64,000 nucleotides of DNA from Eledone cirrhosa (taxonomy: Eukaryota). Below the pieces are notes generated by a model. The model had not been told where the DNA came from. It saw only the letters and a program-made list of their open reading frames with translations, and made no database searches. This document shows positions 13,701-28,540 of this stretch, in pieces (position 1 is the first letter of the stretch; each line of letters opens with the position of its first letter). The stretch is from positions 110,298,001 through 110,362,000 of the forward strand of contig OZ024740.1 in NCBI GenBank assembly GCA_964016885.1, written 5' to 3'. A program made the position numbers and the translations under genes.

Positions 13701-14741
13701 TCTCTCATACAAACACACACACATACACCACTCGCACACACGTATATCTCTTTTTTACACACACAGACACACTCACACATACATCTCACTCTCTTACACA
13801 CATACACACACATACACACACATAAACACACATACACCCACACACATCTCTCTTTCACACACACACATCTCTGTCTCTATCTCTTTCTCTCTCTTTCTCT
13901 CTCTCATACATACATCTGCCACTCGCTCAAATCTCAGACACACGCACACATCACACTCACATAAATACACACATATTGATACGTTCAGACACATACTCCC
14001 CCACCCCTCGCATATACACTCTCACACCATACACATACAGGAGATTAAAATAAGATAAATATAATACCACTATAAAGCGAGCAAAGAAATTGTGGAAAGA
14101 TTGTCGTTAATCTAAGATGGCTTCTTTCTAATATGATGATGATGGTTGTCTTTATTGTCTCCCCTTTGGGCTACTAACGGAATCGTTTTATTTTCACACC
14201 GACCCGAATCTGTTCGCCCCCTCAAGCAATGTAATATAATACTTGCTTGGACATAGACGCTTAGTAAATTTGACAACTCCTATGAACGGCTCACTGCCTA
14301 AGATTTGCCAACAAACAACTAATGGCAAAAATTCCGAGTCTTGCAAAAACCATTCTGGAACTCATCACCTTTCTGTCAAAGAACTAAACACCGCCTCGAT
14401 CTTTTATTCTTTTTTTTTCGCATATATTTTCCTTCTTTAAATCCTGTCTTTTGCTTTGCTGTTGTGATTTGATTTTTTTTTTATTCTTTCTCGTTTTTGA
14501 TCAGCGAATGATTGAAGTAATATATGAATGGAGCAAGACCTTATTTATACAAAATTGCACGTTGTGTAGATGTTAACTTCATTCAACATGGCTGACTGAA
14601 TGGAGGAGATAACATGCAACTTATTATCACTCCACCCGCCTCTCTCTCGCTTTTGCTTCGTCTTCAGTATATACATACTGTATATACGTACATACTTACA
14701 TATATACATACACACATACACCCACACATACATGCACACAC

Positions 14742-14873
<132 letters not shown>

Positions 14874-14984
14874 TTATATATATTTATATATGTATATCGC
14901 TCGCTGTTGCTAGACGTAGCTTTATTTAGAAAGTAAATAATGGCTTCTGCTTTTATATACATACATACATACATGCATACAAAC

Positions 14985-15061
<77 letters not shown>

Positions 15062-15065
15062 CATG

Positions 15066-15099
<34 letters not shown>

Positions 15100-15579
15100 G
15101 ATAGATAGATAGATAGATACATACATATACATACATACACTAAAAATATGTCTGTGAATTGAGAATAATTACCTCTTCTCCACATTTATCGCTTATTTTC
15201 CACGCTTCTACATACCTTACCTTCTCTAATTAGTACTCCCTTATTAGTACTACCCATTTAGAGCAGCCTATACTCTTTCCCCCTCTCTTCCCCTCTCTCT
15301 CTATCTCTATATTACTCTTCCTTGTTCTCTCTCTGTGACGCACATTCACCGATATTTCATCTATTTTATTTTTTATCTTTATCTATCTTCTCTCAATTTC
15401 GAACCCACACCTCCGCCATTAAACCCCATCCCCTTCTCTAACGACTATTTTATTTACTTCTTTCTTTCCCACCCCTTTCCGTGGTCGGTCGTCGGTCAAT
15501 GTTTTTTTTTGTTATTCCCTACTAAACAGAAACGTCTTAATGAAAATGACAATAATAAGTCATACGACAACGGACAGGA

Positions 15580-15616
<37 letters not shown>

Positions 15617-16055
15617 GTGATAAATGATGATGATGATGATGATGATAACAGTAGTAACAACAACAATAATAAAGCGTCCACACAAGAGGGGAAAAAACAC
15701 AAAATTATTATAATTAACCGAAAATAAAGTGATATAATGATATAATAGAAATATAAACAAAACAAATAATGTAAATAAAATAATAAGAAAAGACAACTCT
15801 GGACAAGTGAAAGACCCGTGAAATTGAAAGAATGGGAATACAAGAATAAGAAAATAAAGGAATAGAAAAACAAGAACAATGATAAAAAATCTATGAAACA
15901 AATTTGAAGGGAACTAATTCTTTAGCCAACGATAAATGTTTTTTTCCTTGAAAAAATATGTTAAACAATAATAAAAATAAAGGAAAAGCATTAACCAATA
16001 TCCTTAGTGTATCTAAATATATATGTATCTTTATATGCATGTATGTATGTATGCA

Positions 16056-16116
<61 letters not shown>

Positions 16117-16664
16117 ATGTCAGTGTGTATCTTTGTATGTATGTATGTATGCAAGTGTGTGTATGTATGTATGTATGACAGATGGCTAATACAGACTAAA
16201 GAACATGTTCATACATACATACATTCATACATACCTACATTCATACATTCATACATACATTCATACATACATTCATACGTACATACACACACATCTTTCT
16301 CTCTCACATCCCTCCCAATTTCCCTCTCTCTCTATATATATTGTACGAGAGTGAAAAAAAACAACAAACCACGGCATGAAATCACCAAAGTGCGTAGAAT
16401 TGAAGGGAGAGAGAAGAATGTTTGGTATTCATTATATGTCTAATAATTAAGGATCATTGGTTGACCGTGCCAAACCAATGACTTACTCTAAATATATTGA
16501 CGACAAAACCCATGTAAAATATGGGCTAAATGTGTCTACATCACTATTTTCACGTCACCATATTTAGTTATTTTAGATTCATTTGTTCTTTAAAAGATCA
16601 CAATTTTTTTACTAGCAGATTCGAATGAATAATGCGAAATACATAAGTACAAACGCACTCATGC

Positions 16665-16696
<32 letters not shown>

Positions 16697-17424
16697 GCAC
16701 GTAAGCAAGCATACGTACACACACGTATACACACACATGCCCACATACGCACACAGGCGGGTGAACACACACACGCCCATACACACGAATCCATGCACAC
16801 CCGCATACTCAGACGTTTTGGTAAAAAAAATAAATAAATAAAACCTGAGGAAAGGAAATGAAGCCGATCGTTATATCGAACCAAGAAAAGTATTTCCACC
16901 GGTTTTTCCATTGTTGCTACTATCTTTCAGTGGCAACCCCTTGTAGAAATGCTGACATAGCTTTTCTGGTGACAGGATTTGAACGCAGAACGTACGGTGC
17001 CAGAACAGAAAGTTCAAAGCATCGCGTCCGATACTTTACCAATTTCACTAATTCACCACCTCTCTATTGATACTTTTTAACCACCATGAAGGGAAAAAAG
17101 TTGATCTCAGTGGGATTTGAAAACTAAACACAGAGGCGAACAAATACCAAGGTCTATAATCTACGCTCTCACGACTTTGCCACTTCATTTGGGTAAACAA
17201 TCAAAAGTACATATTACATACAGTAGAGTCTATATATTCATTCATTCGAAGCATGCTATTCACTTCTTCTTGTTAAGGCGCATGGCCCAATGGTTAGAGT
17301 ATTAGATCTTGGGTTGGATTTCTTGAAGGCAAGTTGTGTTCCTGAGCATGACGCTTCATTTCACGTTGCTTTTCATGTTAGGACTAAAGCTCTTGTTATT
17401 AAGATACCCGAGAAATATACTATG

Positions 17425-17768
17425 AAATATAACCTATTAGGAGGCCAGTTAAAGCTACAAAGAAGTGAGCTGTAATAACTTTATAGGACTGGAGGTCATA
17501 TCATTAAAACAACTGAGAAATTTACTATGAGATGCAACCACTTAGGAGGCTAAACCTACATTGGTGTGATCTGCAATAACATAATAGGACTGGGATTCTT
17601 GTCATTAAAACAACCAAGAAACCTTTGAGATGCAACCTCATAGGAGGTAATCTAAGTCTACAATGGTGTGAGCTGTAATAACATGACAGGACTGGCGCCC
17701 TTGTCATTAAAACACCCGACGAACATTTTATGAGGCCGTTTAATATTACATAGGTGTGATCTATAAAA
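17425..17768. repeat. Diverged ~100 bp tandem repeat, ~3.5 units
   Basis: TAGGAGG at 17438, 17543 and 17641, with recurring AGGACTGG and TCATTAAAAC. Confidence 0.75.
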
Positions 17769-18185
17769 ATGTTTTCATTTACCTGTCATTCACTTCCTCG
17801 TTGTTACGTTTCTGTCACTTTATATACGACATCTTATTTTTGACAGTTATTTAAATGGAGGAATCATTAGAAAATCTCTCACTTTCTACAACATCAGAAA
17901 TAAGGAATATTAGCCGAAATAGCTGGATGCCCCGGAAACATATTGAAAAGAAAAACGAGGCAAATCAAAATAAAATTCTTAACCAGACAGCCATGCCCGC
18001 ACCTGATATATACATATTTTATTTATATTATATATATTTCGCTTATATATTTGACATAGACATTAATCATTGTCCCGACAAATTTCTAATTAGTTGTAGA
18101 GCTGTAAATGTTGACCTGACCACCAGGCCGATGATTATAAAGATAATGTTGATGGTGGTGATGATAATGATGATGATAACAATAA

Positions 18186-18941
18186 TTGTTTCTACGTTTG
18201 GCACAAGGCCAGCAATTACTCAGAGCATTACTGGTACCTTATTTTATCGACCCCGTAAGGATGAAAGGCAAAGTTAACCTCGGCGGGATTTGAACTCAGA
18301 TGATGATAACAATAATGATAATAATAATGGTTTATGATTTAGGCACAAGGACAGCAATTTGTGGTGAGGAGGAAAGGTCATTACGTCGACCCAGTACGTG
18401 GGTGGTACTTTATATTATTAACACCGAAAGGATGAAAGGCAAAGTAGACACTGGCGGGAAAAGAGCCGGATAATATTGATTATTATGATAATGTTAATAA
18501 TTGTGTCTACTTTCGGCACAAGGCCAGCAATTTGAAAGGACGAGGAAAATCGATTAAATCGATTAAATTGACCCCAGCACGTCACTGGTACTATTTTATC
18601 GACCCCCGCAAGGATGAAAGGTAAAGCTAACTTCGGCGGAATTTGGTCTCAGACCGTAAAGAGCCAGACCAAATACAGCTCAGCATGTTGTCAGACACTC
18701 AACTAATACGGCTAATCCTCAATAATAATTTCTTATATAGGCACAAGGCCAGCAATTTTTGGGGAGGGGGAAGTCTATTAAATCAAACCCAGTGCATTAC
18801 TGGTACTTACTTCATTTTGTCGACTTCGTAAGGATGAAAGGCAAAGTTAATTTCGGCGGGATTTGAGCTCAGGACGCAAAGGGCCGTAACTCTGTGCTGT
18901 AAAGCATGTTGCCTGACGCTCTATCTATACTGACAAACCAC
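18186..18941 (-). mobile_element. Head-to-tail array of four SINE A copies
   Basis: Four GGCACAAGG.CAGCAAT...GGATGAAAGG units separated by (TAA)/(TGA) runs. Confidence 0.85.
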
Positions 18942-19238
18942 AATAATAATAATAATAATGTTTTCATTTATTAGCCCCAAGGGCCGACATGTAGGGGACA
19001 ATACAAAGACAGGGACAGTGGGGGTTTACAATAAGGTTGAGTAAAAGTGCACAATGGCAAGACTAATTTAACAATGAAGATATACAAATATTAAATAAAC
19101 TATGCATAAATATAACAAAATAAATTCCCCGATAGGGGGTGGACGACCTTGGGGTGACTTAGGTACCCCACCAATCCTGAACCACCTTGCGCTTCTAGGG
19201 CACCCAGGGAGAGGACCCCTCTCCTCAAGTTAGCTAGC

Positions 19239-22200
19239 CTATAGGCGAATGGTCAGAGTAGGCCCATTCACACGGGCCATTCTCGCCACATTCATCCACC
19301 TTTTAGCAAATGTACTGGGGAGCAGCACTTCTCTCTCCACCCTCACCTTCCTTTCCAGGTGAAACTTGAAGAAGTTGATGAGGGATTGGCCGAAGAGAAA
19401 AGTGTCTGTCTTCAGTCCTTTTAATCTGGTCCACCATATAACCTCTTTCGCAACTGCCACCAGACAGAGGAAAATTTCCTGCTCTTCCTGACCTAAGGAA
19501 GGCGGCCGATAGCCGGATTCACTATGGACTCGGCCGATAGCCGGATTCGTTCCACACGCGACAGTAGCTGTTCGACATAAATCCACAAGTCAGTAATGCA
19601 CGAACATTGGACAAGTGCGTGCAGAACGGTTTCGTCGTTCTGTGCGCATCTTGGGCAGGTCCGTCTGACAGCACTTCCGTGCCTGTAGAGTTTATCCCGA
19701 ACCGGAAGTGCCCCCCCCCTCCCCCCCTCCCCCCGGTAGCACTGCCAAGCGAGGAATTTCTGGAAATTGTCCATCGTCCCCGGCTCGAAAGTCCTCCGGT
19801 ACAGACTGGTCGAGGCTCAAAGCTTCTCCGAGTGCGTCATCACACTTGCCCACCACTAATCCTCTATAGAACTTGAGAGTGGAAGTTCCACTGATCGCAT
19901 TGCCCACTTGGTAGAGAGCAGTGAGTGCCTGGCAACATTCCAGGTGCCAGTCACCCAGTCTCGGTCTCTTCTTCACCCAGGACTGCAGCTCAGTCAAAGA
20001 GACGAGCTGCGGAAAGACCCGTCTGATAAACGGCGACCACACCTGTTCACCGTTTAGGTAGAATATCTGGAGATGCCGCAGCCTCAACGCATGTCTGCGC
20101 ATCATTAGCCACGGCATGCCCAGCCCTCCGCGTAGAGGGTGCTGGCAGCAGATGGACCGCCTCACCAATGGAACTTGTCCCCTCCGCAAGAATTAGAAGA
20201 GGAGCCGTTCTAACTTGACGAGGCGCGGACGGGGGCAAGGCACGACGGTCAGGCGGTAGTAGATGACGGACGCGATGTACGCATTCGCCACCTCCGCGCG
20301 ACCTTTCAGTGATAGCTTCCTCCCAGCCCATTTTTGGGTGAGACTGGCTACTCTTCTCGTTACCTCGTCCCAATCCTTTTCCACCTGGAGGTCTGGTCCG
20401 AACCAAACCCGAGCAACTTTACCTGTCCGTCCGTCCAGCGCCCACGACGCTGTTGGACGGCATAGGCTTGCCTCTCCAGGTTCAGAGCTGCAAGCCCACC
20501 GACTTTTCCGGGTTAAGTTTGGCTCCTGTCAACCTTTCATATTCCTTCAATAAAGTGCCGATCACCTCGATTTCTGAGGTGTCCGACACCATTACGGTGA
20601 TGTCGTCGGCATAAGCCGACATAGCCTTTCCACGTCCCGGTTCGAGTGGGATGCCCTGCAACAGATCCAGCTTCTGCAGTAAAAGCTCGAGAGTCAATAC
20701 GTACAGAAGGGAAGAGAGAGGGCACCCTTGACGGACCGATCTGGAGAGCTGAAATGGTTCCGAGAGGTGGCCATTAACCTTGACCACCGAGCATGTGTCG
20801 CTGTGCATTGCAGCGATCCAGCTTCTGAAGACAGGGCCGAAGCCAGCTGCTTTGAGGACAAACTCCAGATACCGATGGTCGACCCTATCGAATGCTTTGG
20901 ATTTATCTAAATTGATCAGTGGCCCACCGAAGCCAGGTTTACACCCTACCCTCTCTATGATGTATCGCATGAGGTGGAGATTGTCGTGTATGGACGTGGC
21001 TGGGATTGCACAAGTTTGCGCCTTCCCAACCAAATCCTCGACGTCAAGCGCCAATCGCTTTGCTAACAGTTTGGCCAAAATCTAAAACTCTGTGTTGAGC
21101 AGAGTTATGGGCCTGAAGTTGTCTAATGTATCCCTCTTGTTCTCGTCTTTCCTTATCAGCGTCACCACTCCCCTGCTCACAGAACTGGGAATACTCCCAT
21201 TCTGCTGCCAGTTGCAGTAGAGTGCTTCGAGGAGATCTGAGAACAAGTCTGGCATATTTACATAAAGCTTGTAGGGCAGGCCATCCAAACCGGGTGACTT
21301 GCGCTTCATGCAGCCGACAACGGCGTCCTGAATTTCGGCTTAAGTAATCGGCCTTTCGCAGCGCTCAGCGTCAGCCGTCGAGATGCGCGGGAAGCCGTCA
21401 AGGTAGGAACTGAAATCCGCTACTCTCTCTGACTCGCCACTCTCCCCGAATAACCGAGCAAAGTGCTGGCGAAAGGCCTCACACATCCGCTTGGAATCCC
21501 TCAGCTCGTGACCGTCTCGGTCCGCCAAAGACCGAATTGTGCTTTTATTACCACGCTGCGCCTCCGCCACGGGGGCCCATCGGACAGCTTTGGTTCCCTC
21601 GTTTCTCAGCGCACGCGCCTTAGCTCTGAAAATGCAACCTTCGTGTTTCGCATTGAAGAAATGATCTAATGCCATTCTCGCCGCTAGCACGTCAGTTGCG
21701 ACACCACTACAAATAGCCTCGTGTAACTTATCTACCAGCTTCTCCTCCTTTCAATTTTTCTCTAACGCTAGTTCTTTGCTGAATTTTATCGAAGTTACTC
21801 TAATCTCTCTTTTGAGAGCCCCCCACCATCTGTTATTGATGATCCCCCCTGTCAACTTTTGCTTAACTAAATTGTTGACTCTGTCCCTGTAAGCCTTACG
21901 TGCCGGAAATGACATGTTCAGCTTCCAGTAACCCGGTCCTAACCTACGCGTTTTATCTAGGTCGACCGTACAGATCACAAATTTGTGATCTGAACAGGCG
22001 ACCGTTTTAAAAAGTGGGCAGCTTACACTATTTCTGTCTATTTTCTTAATGAAGGTCCTGTCTATATACGATCTAGATGACCCCATTCGGTTGGTCCATG
22101 TCTATTCTGGCGCATTGGGAAAATCTAGTCGATACCTGTCAGAGAGTTGGAACTGGCTGAGTAGGTGCTTGAGGCATTTGAACCACCCACTCCTATCAGC

Positions 22201-22606
22201 TATTCCCACACAATCCCAGCGTGCGTCTAAGATGCCATTCCAGTCCCCCGCTAACAGTAAAGGGCGAGACGTACCAGGTCTCCAGGCGCCTAAAGAAGTC
22301 CGGTCGTCCGGCCTCTGTAGGGGCGTAGACGGCCAGCAGTCTAAAGGCACCACCTTCGCTACTGCTCACATCCAAGACCACAAACTTACCGTTGATCCAG
22401 TCCTTTCCTAAACAGCACTGCCACCCCACCTCCCATTCCCGGCCTGGTAACAGATGCGAAGATCTGATAGTCGTCGAAAATTCTGGTCTCGCTGACGGCA
22501 ATCACATCCATTTCCAGCGACCTGAGGTCGTCGTTGAGCAGGCGACTCTGCTTCGAGGGTAACCCCAGGCCGCGAACATTTAAACTCCTACTCTTAATAT
22601 GGCCAT
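19239..22606 (-). pseudogene. LINE ORF2 (AP endonuclease, reverse transcriptase, C-terminal zinc finger), many stops and frameshifts
   Basis: Motifs NVRGL, AVYAP, LAGDWN, SYIDR, SDHK, KSPGLDGLP, FRPITLLN, KAFDRV, VRQGCPLS, YADD and CPRCAQNDETVLHALVQC. Confidence 0.92.
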
Positions 22607-22635
22607 GTTGGCAAGCTAAAAGAGAGAGGGAAGGT

Positions 22636-24586
22636 TTACTTACCTCCCGAGGTCTTGTGATGGTCGGGTGGCTTGACCTCCATGGTTAGTGGGGTTTCTT
22701 TTGGGAACTCCTTTAAAAGTCTCGATGTGGGTTTCACATTCGGGGTTCCCACGTCTTGAGGAAAGCTCTCCTGAATTTCTTTGAAGGAATCGAGTGACAT
22801 TCGGACCAGAAGCAAATCTTCTAGCACGCAAAATGTGCTCATTTCAAAGATCTCCCCCTTTGTTTGAATGTCCTCGCTTCGAGCTAAGAGGGCCATCAGT
22901 TTATCGTTGGCCCTTCTGACAAGCACGAAGTTTTTTACATTTTGTTGGTGTGGTTTTATTTGTTTTCGTTTTGGTGACTGTGGTGGTGATGGTTTTGTTG
23001 GTGTTGTTTCGGGTATATCTGTGTTTGTTGTAGGTGTGGTGTCTGCAATTTCAGGTATTTGTGTGTTTATTTGTACTTGTGTTTGTTTAGGTTGTTTGCG
23101 TTTCGGCGATTGTGGGGGTGGTGTCGATGTTGCTGTTGGTGCTGATGTTATTGGGGAAGTGTTTGCGTTAGTGGTGTCTGTATTTTTTGTTGTGTATGTT
23201 TTTGTGTTTTGTTGGGGTTTTGTTTTGGTTAGTTTTCTCTGTTTTTTTGCACTTTTGGTTTTTTGCACAAATGGTTTGTGGCTGTGAGTGTCTCTGTGTC
23301 TGTGTGTGCGTTGTTTATTGTTTTGTCTATGTGTATAATTGGGGGGGGGGGATAGCTTTCCTCGTTTTCCCCTTGGATTGGTTTCGGTGTTGGTGGTGGT
23401 CCGGCTGTTTTTGATATTGGTGTCCGTGTCTTTGTTGGTGTTGTTTTTTGTGGTGGTGGTGGAGCTTTCCGTGCTGACACTGGTGTTGGCAACAAAGGAG
23501 GTTTGCGACCACCTGTATTTTTGCGCTGAGTGCAGAAGGCTTGCGGATGCGTTGCTTCCCCGCAGACGAAGCAGTGCGGTCTTCTTCCCCCAGTGATTAG
23601 TTGGATTGTTGTCCTGTCCTGCAGGCGGGCAAAATCCGGGATGTTGTTCATGTCCTCCGGTTTAATTTGGAGAAGAATCTCCAAATCCATTCCGGACCAG
23701 TCTTCTCTCTCCGTCCTTTTGATATCCAGGAGGGTAGTGTCTGTCCCCTCCTCGATTACGCATCCCAGGAGCCACCATATGTTCATTCCTAGTGGGATTC
23801 TGGGAATGCGGACCTTTACTGTCCTTTTACCCATGTAGGACGGGTGCATGATAATTCGTTCCGTTCTGCAGGGGTCACCGAGTGCTTAATAGCAAGGGCC
23901 TCGGTTTTGAACAGTACCGAGATGGTACCGAACTGTTTGGCCCTTGCTTTATACCCTATGTCACTTCCGATGCACTTCACAGCAGCCTCGACCTCTGCTT
24001 GGCTGGCAAGTTCTACTTTGCGCGTCTGCGCCGAAATGCATCGAAAGTACACCGTCCTCCTTTGCATGGCCGCTGTTGCCCCGTCCGGGATGGTCAGGTT
24101 TAATTAGCCTCCACGCCTGGGCCAACTGTTCATCTTTATCGCTAATATCAATATTCAATAAGCGCTTTGTTTTTGCTGCTGCTGCAGCAAAGGTGGTGCC
24201 TCTGTTGCTCTTGTTGGTGTTGTCGTTCTTGCTGTTGTTATTGGTGTTGTTGTTGTTGTTTTGTTTGTTGTTGCTGTTGTCACCACCTCCGTGTTTACAT
24301 TGAAGCTGTCGGTGTTATTGTCGTTGTTGCTCTGAGTTGTTGTTGTGGTGGTGGTGGCGGTGGTGGTGGTGGCGGCGGTGGTGGTGGTGATGTCCTTTTC
24401 AGATGATACTGCTGCTAACACAGAAGGGAGCGGTTGTGATGGTAGCTTTTGAGTTTTGCCTTCACATTCAGTGGAATGGTCGTCAGACATGTCTGTAGTA
24501 GTCGTAGTTGTGGTGAGATCTACAGTGGCTGCTTTTGAACATTTGACCTGAACGTTGTTTACCGTTTCAAGGGGGAAAATTTCCAT
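22636..24586 (-). pseudogene. LINE ORF1 (gag-like, CCHC zinc knuckle), frameshifted
   Basis: ATG at 24586, motif CFVCGEATHPQAFC, and Thr/Pro/Lys-rich linkers. Confidence 0.8.
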
Positions 24587-24919
24587 TTTTTTTATTTTCG
24601 GTGGGGAAGAGATTTTTTCGAAGTTTTAAAATATAAACCTGAATATTCGGGCTTAAAGCCCGAATATTGAGAGGTCTCCCTCCCTTGGAACCAAGGTGGT
24701 TACCTTATGCTTCGTTAACGACAAGAAAATACAAAAAATGATACTTTAAAACAGCTTAAAGTTACGAACCTTTACCCGCGCAGACTTGTGCGTCTTCATA
24801 CATCTGCGTCATAATAATCACCACCAAATATTCGTTAAATTATTCATAATTAGTGGTAAATTAATGATGACAAATAGATGAAGATAAGTTGAGGAGGTAC
24901 CGGTGCATGGAACAATGAA

Positions 24920-25850
24920 AATGATGAAAATGATGATGATGATGTTGGTATTGGTAGTAGTGGTGGTAGGGGTGGGGATGAGGATAATGATGATGATTAT
25001 GAACAGGGGTAAGGATTATGATGATGGCGATAATGGTTATAAATACGACAGTGATGTTGTTGATGATGATGGTGATGATGATGATGATGATGGCAATGAT
25101 GACAGTGATTTTGTTGATGATGATGATGGTGGTGATGGTAATGATGATAATGATGGTGATGATGAGGATGATGATGATGATGAAGATAATGATAATGATG
25201 GTCATGATGATGATGATGATGATGATGACGGTGATGATGATTATGATGATGATAATTATAATATCATTAATGATAATGATAATGACGGTGATGATGATGA
25301 TGATGATGATGATGATAATTGTGATGAGATACAAGTAGAAGATGTAGAGTGCAGAACATAATAAACTGTAGAAACAAAACAGAAATCCTCTCCCCACCCA
25401 CCGAATTTACAAGATAGAATACTACTCCTCTACAGATTACAATACTACATGGCCATTACCACAGACCACTCCACCACCACCACCACCATCATCATCATCA
25501 CCAACACCACCACTACCACCAGCACCACTTCACCACCACCACCACCACCACCATCATCATCACCAACACCACCACCACCACCATCATCACCACCACCACC
25601 ACCACCACCACCAACACCACCACTTCACCACCACCACCACCACCACCACCCAAGATTACGATGGTGATGATGATGGTGGTAATGACGATAGTGATGATGA
25701 TGGTGATAATGGTGATGTCGATGATGATGATGACGGTGATGGTGATAATGATGGTGATAATGGTGATGTTGATGATGATGATCAAGGTGATGGTGATGAT
25801 GATGATGGTGATGATGATGGTGATAATGGTGATGTTGATGTTGATGATAA
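24920..25850. repeat. (GAT)n/(CAC)n low-complexity block
   Basis: Trinucleotide simple repeats. Confidence 0.9.
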
Positions 25851-26949
25851 AGAAGTGGTCATTGATTAAATTTGTTTTCTTTACTTCTCGCTGCTTTAAG
25901 TGCCTTGGCGCTGACTTAAACTAAAGTAAAACTGTTTCTTGTGAATGGCGTCCCTCGTCAGTAATGTCCCTCACTCATTATAATATAACATATAAACGAT
26001 TAATTAAACAAAAAACCCTCACATATCCAATTAAACGCAAGTAAAAATATTTTAATTACATCAAATAACAAAAGGAAGACAATCAATAATTTGATTGTTT
26101 CTAGCGCCATCATGAATGAGAAGTCGTTTGTTTTCGTCTATACAATACACCTCTTACATCCCACCCTTCACCTATTTATATTTTAAGCACAAGTATGGCT
26201 GTCTGGTTAAGGAGAATGCTTCACAAACACGAGGTTTTGGTTCAGTCTCGCAGCACGGCACCTTGGACATGTCTTCTTTTATAGCCCCCGGTTGACTTAT
26301 GCTTATATAGTGCTTTATTGTTAAGAATTTGATTAGGACGGTGGATTAGCAGTATCGGTAGAGCGCCGGACAACATGCTGCATGGCATAGAGTTGCGGTC
26401 CTTTACGTTCTGAGTTCATTTCCCACCTTTCATCCTTTCGGGGTCGATAAAATAAAGCACCAGTAAATACTGGGGTCGATTTAATCGACTTTCCCCTACC
26501 TTTCAAATTGCTAGTCTCGTTCCTAAAGTAGAATTTGATTAATCTCCGCATTAGCAACGGTTTCCATACATCTATTACGTCATGTGCATTGGAGGTAAGT
26601 GAAAACAAAATAAAGATTGGCATTTAGGGGCCAGCTCTTAAGAGCCTCCATTGGTTGGTTCTTGTCACGTGGTGGTATTGCTAGGAAAGCGGTAACAGAT
26701 AAGTGAGCGACCATGTGGGAAATTTGGCGTCTCGGTGGCACCATTAACCGTTAGAGAATTTAGCGACATCAGATATGTATTCATGGGCACCATGATCGTC
26801 TGGCAGGACTTGTGCTCTATGTATCTGGTGACATTGAGACAAGCTGAATATTCAATTGGAGGTTACGATGTTGGTGTTTGCATGGTGTTCCTATTAGTTC
26901 AATGTCTGCCCCACATATACACGGTAACAGGGATGTCCGGGGTCAGTCG

Positions 26950-27840
26950 TTTGAAATTGGTTAACAAGGCCTTTCTCCGGTGCAGCAAAACGTTAGGTTA
27001 GTTTTCCTGTTGATGGACATCACAAATAAACAGCTCTATTTGCAACCCCCACTAGAGACAAAGTTGACATTTGCGATCCCACGGCGGTATTGGAGTGCTC
27101 TGTCCAGAACACTCCATTTAATTCTTGGAACGTTTTGTCCTTGGTCACAGAACCGCCATAGAAAACTGGATGGGGTGAAGTTCTCTTTGTTCTGACACAA
27201 AATAAGTGTGCATGCTGGGTAAATCTACCCTCGAACTCATTGGCTGTTAAGCTTGCATAGTCTTTTCTAGGAGCCGTCTGGTGGTGTGAAAGGGGGCTCT
27301 GTAGACAATGGTCTTTGTGAGGAAGGATTCACACGAAAGACAGTTGGTAGGATTTCGGCAAGTGTGTGTTAGGGCCTGTGAGGGTACGTTCTTTCCTATG
27401 TTATAAAATGTAATATTCTGAAGTAAAACTATCTAAACAGGAGTAGTTAACCTTAACGCTGTTGTTTTATGATTAGGGCCAGAACGTTCTTGGCTATATT
27501 CGTCGATACCTTTAGATTGAATAGACGATTGAACAATTTCATTTTTTCTTTCTAGCTCTGTTAGGGTGGTGGGGTGCCATCTATGCATACATTTTTTTCT
27601 ATGAATCCCCTTCTGGCTAGTGTCACATAAAGAGTGCAGCTCAGTCGAAGATCTTTTTCTCTTTCTCAAACATATGCTAGAAATTCTTCAGCTAAACCCA
27701 TTTACAAGGTTCCTAACTATAGCTGGGGTTTAGAGGGGGCTTCTATGCATACATACCGTTTCCCCACTAGGCTCCCGACAGAGGTAGAGCTTACAAGTTT
27801 TGAGATTGAAGGTGATGTCCAGAAAGAAGGAAGTCGACAG
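26950..27840 (-). pseudogene. Highly decayed Naiad-type PLE (RT thumb plus GIY-YIG)
   Basis: Minus-strand peptides FFLDITFNLKT, PAIVRNLVNG, TCRNPTNC..TKTIVYRA, IKWSVLDRALQY and KCQLCL appear in order across frameshifts. Confidence 0.75.
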
Positions 27841-28060
27841 TAAAATAGATAGGAAAATAATAACGAAAGAGAGGGAAGGGACAGAAAGGAAGAGACAAAT
27901 AAAAGTAGAAAGAATATAAGAGAAAGGAGTGGCGAAGAGGACTCAGGGTTGTCGGTAAAGAACAAAGAGAAAGACGTGAGTCATTAATGAAACCAATGAA
28001 AACAATGTTTATCATATATTAATGAATATTTTCGGTCAAATAAAACATTCATCCTTTAGC

Positions 28061-28134
<74 letters not shown>

Positions 28135-28137
<3 letters not shown>

Positions 28138-28440
28138 AAAAGGTCAGGATCCCGACGGCTGAGTTCCGGCTGATTCGACAGCTAGATTGGAACGGGTAAA
28201 CGGAATACCACTTTCATCCAGTTCGACATAGAGAACTACTACGCTTCTATTACCCAACCACTCCTTACGGCTGCTTTGGATTACGCCAAAACTATTACAC
28301 CGTTCGAATCTAGCTGTCGAAACAGCCGGAGCTCAGCCGTCGGGGTCCTGACTCTTTTCCTATTTCCCACTCTACTACCCTAAGTATCGAGTACTCTGGT
28401 GCGTTATGGTCTACCTGGTTTCTTACCACACTCTCTTTGT
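28135..28440 (+). mobile_element. Mini PLE remnant: inverted repeat enclosing an RT motif fragment
   Basis: Inverted repeat 28133-28195 / 28300-28363. The spacer 28204-28302 translates NTTFIQFDIENYYASITQPLLTAALDYAKTITP (PLE FDIxxxYPSI motif). Confidence 0.75.
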
Positions 28441-28540
28441 TATATGTATGTATGTAAAAGGTTAACAGAAATAACAACACAGTCGGTACAGTATATGAAA
28501 GGAATATATTAGGTTAACGCTTGAAATAGCAGGTAGAGGG

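Larger units (their letters stand above)
18960..24810 (-). mobile_element. Full-length decayed Tx1/L1-clade LINE inserted in (ATT)n
   Basis: ORF1 with CCHC knuckle, ORF2 with APE-RT-zinc finger, AATAAA near the 3' end (18968-18973), and ATAATAAT on both flanks. Confidence 0.92.

Noticed and set aside
24861-25924. Poly-Asp, poly-Met and poly-Ile ORFs
   Set aside because: Translations of (GAT)n microsatellite.
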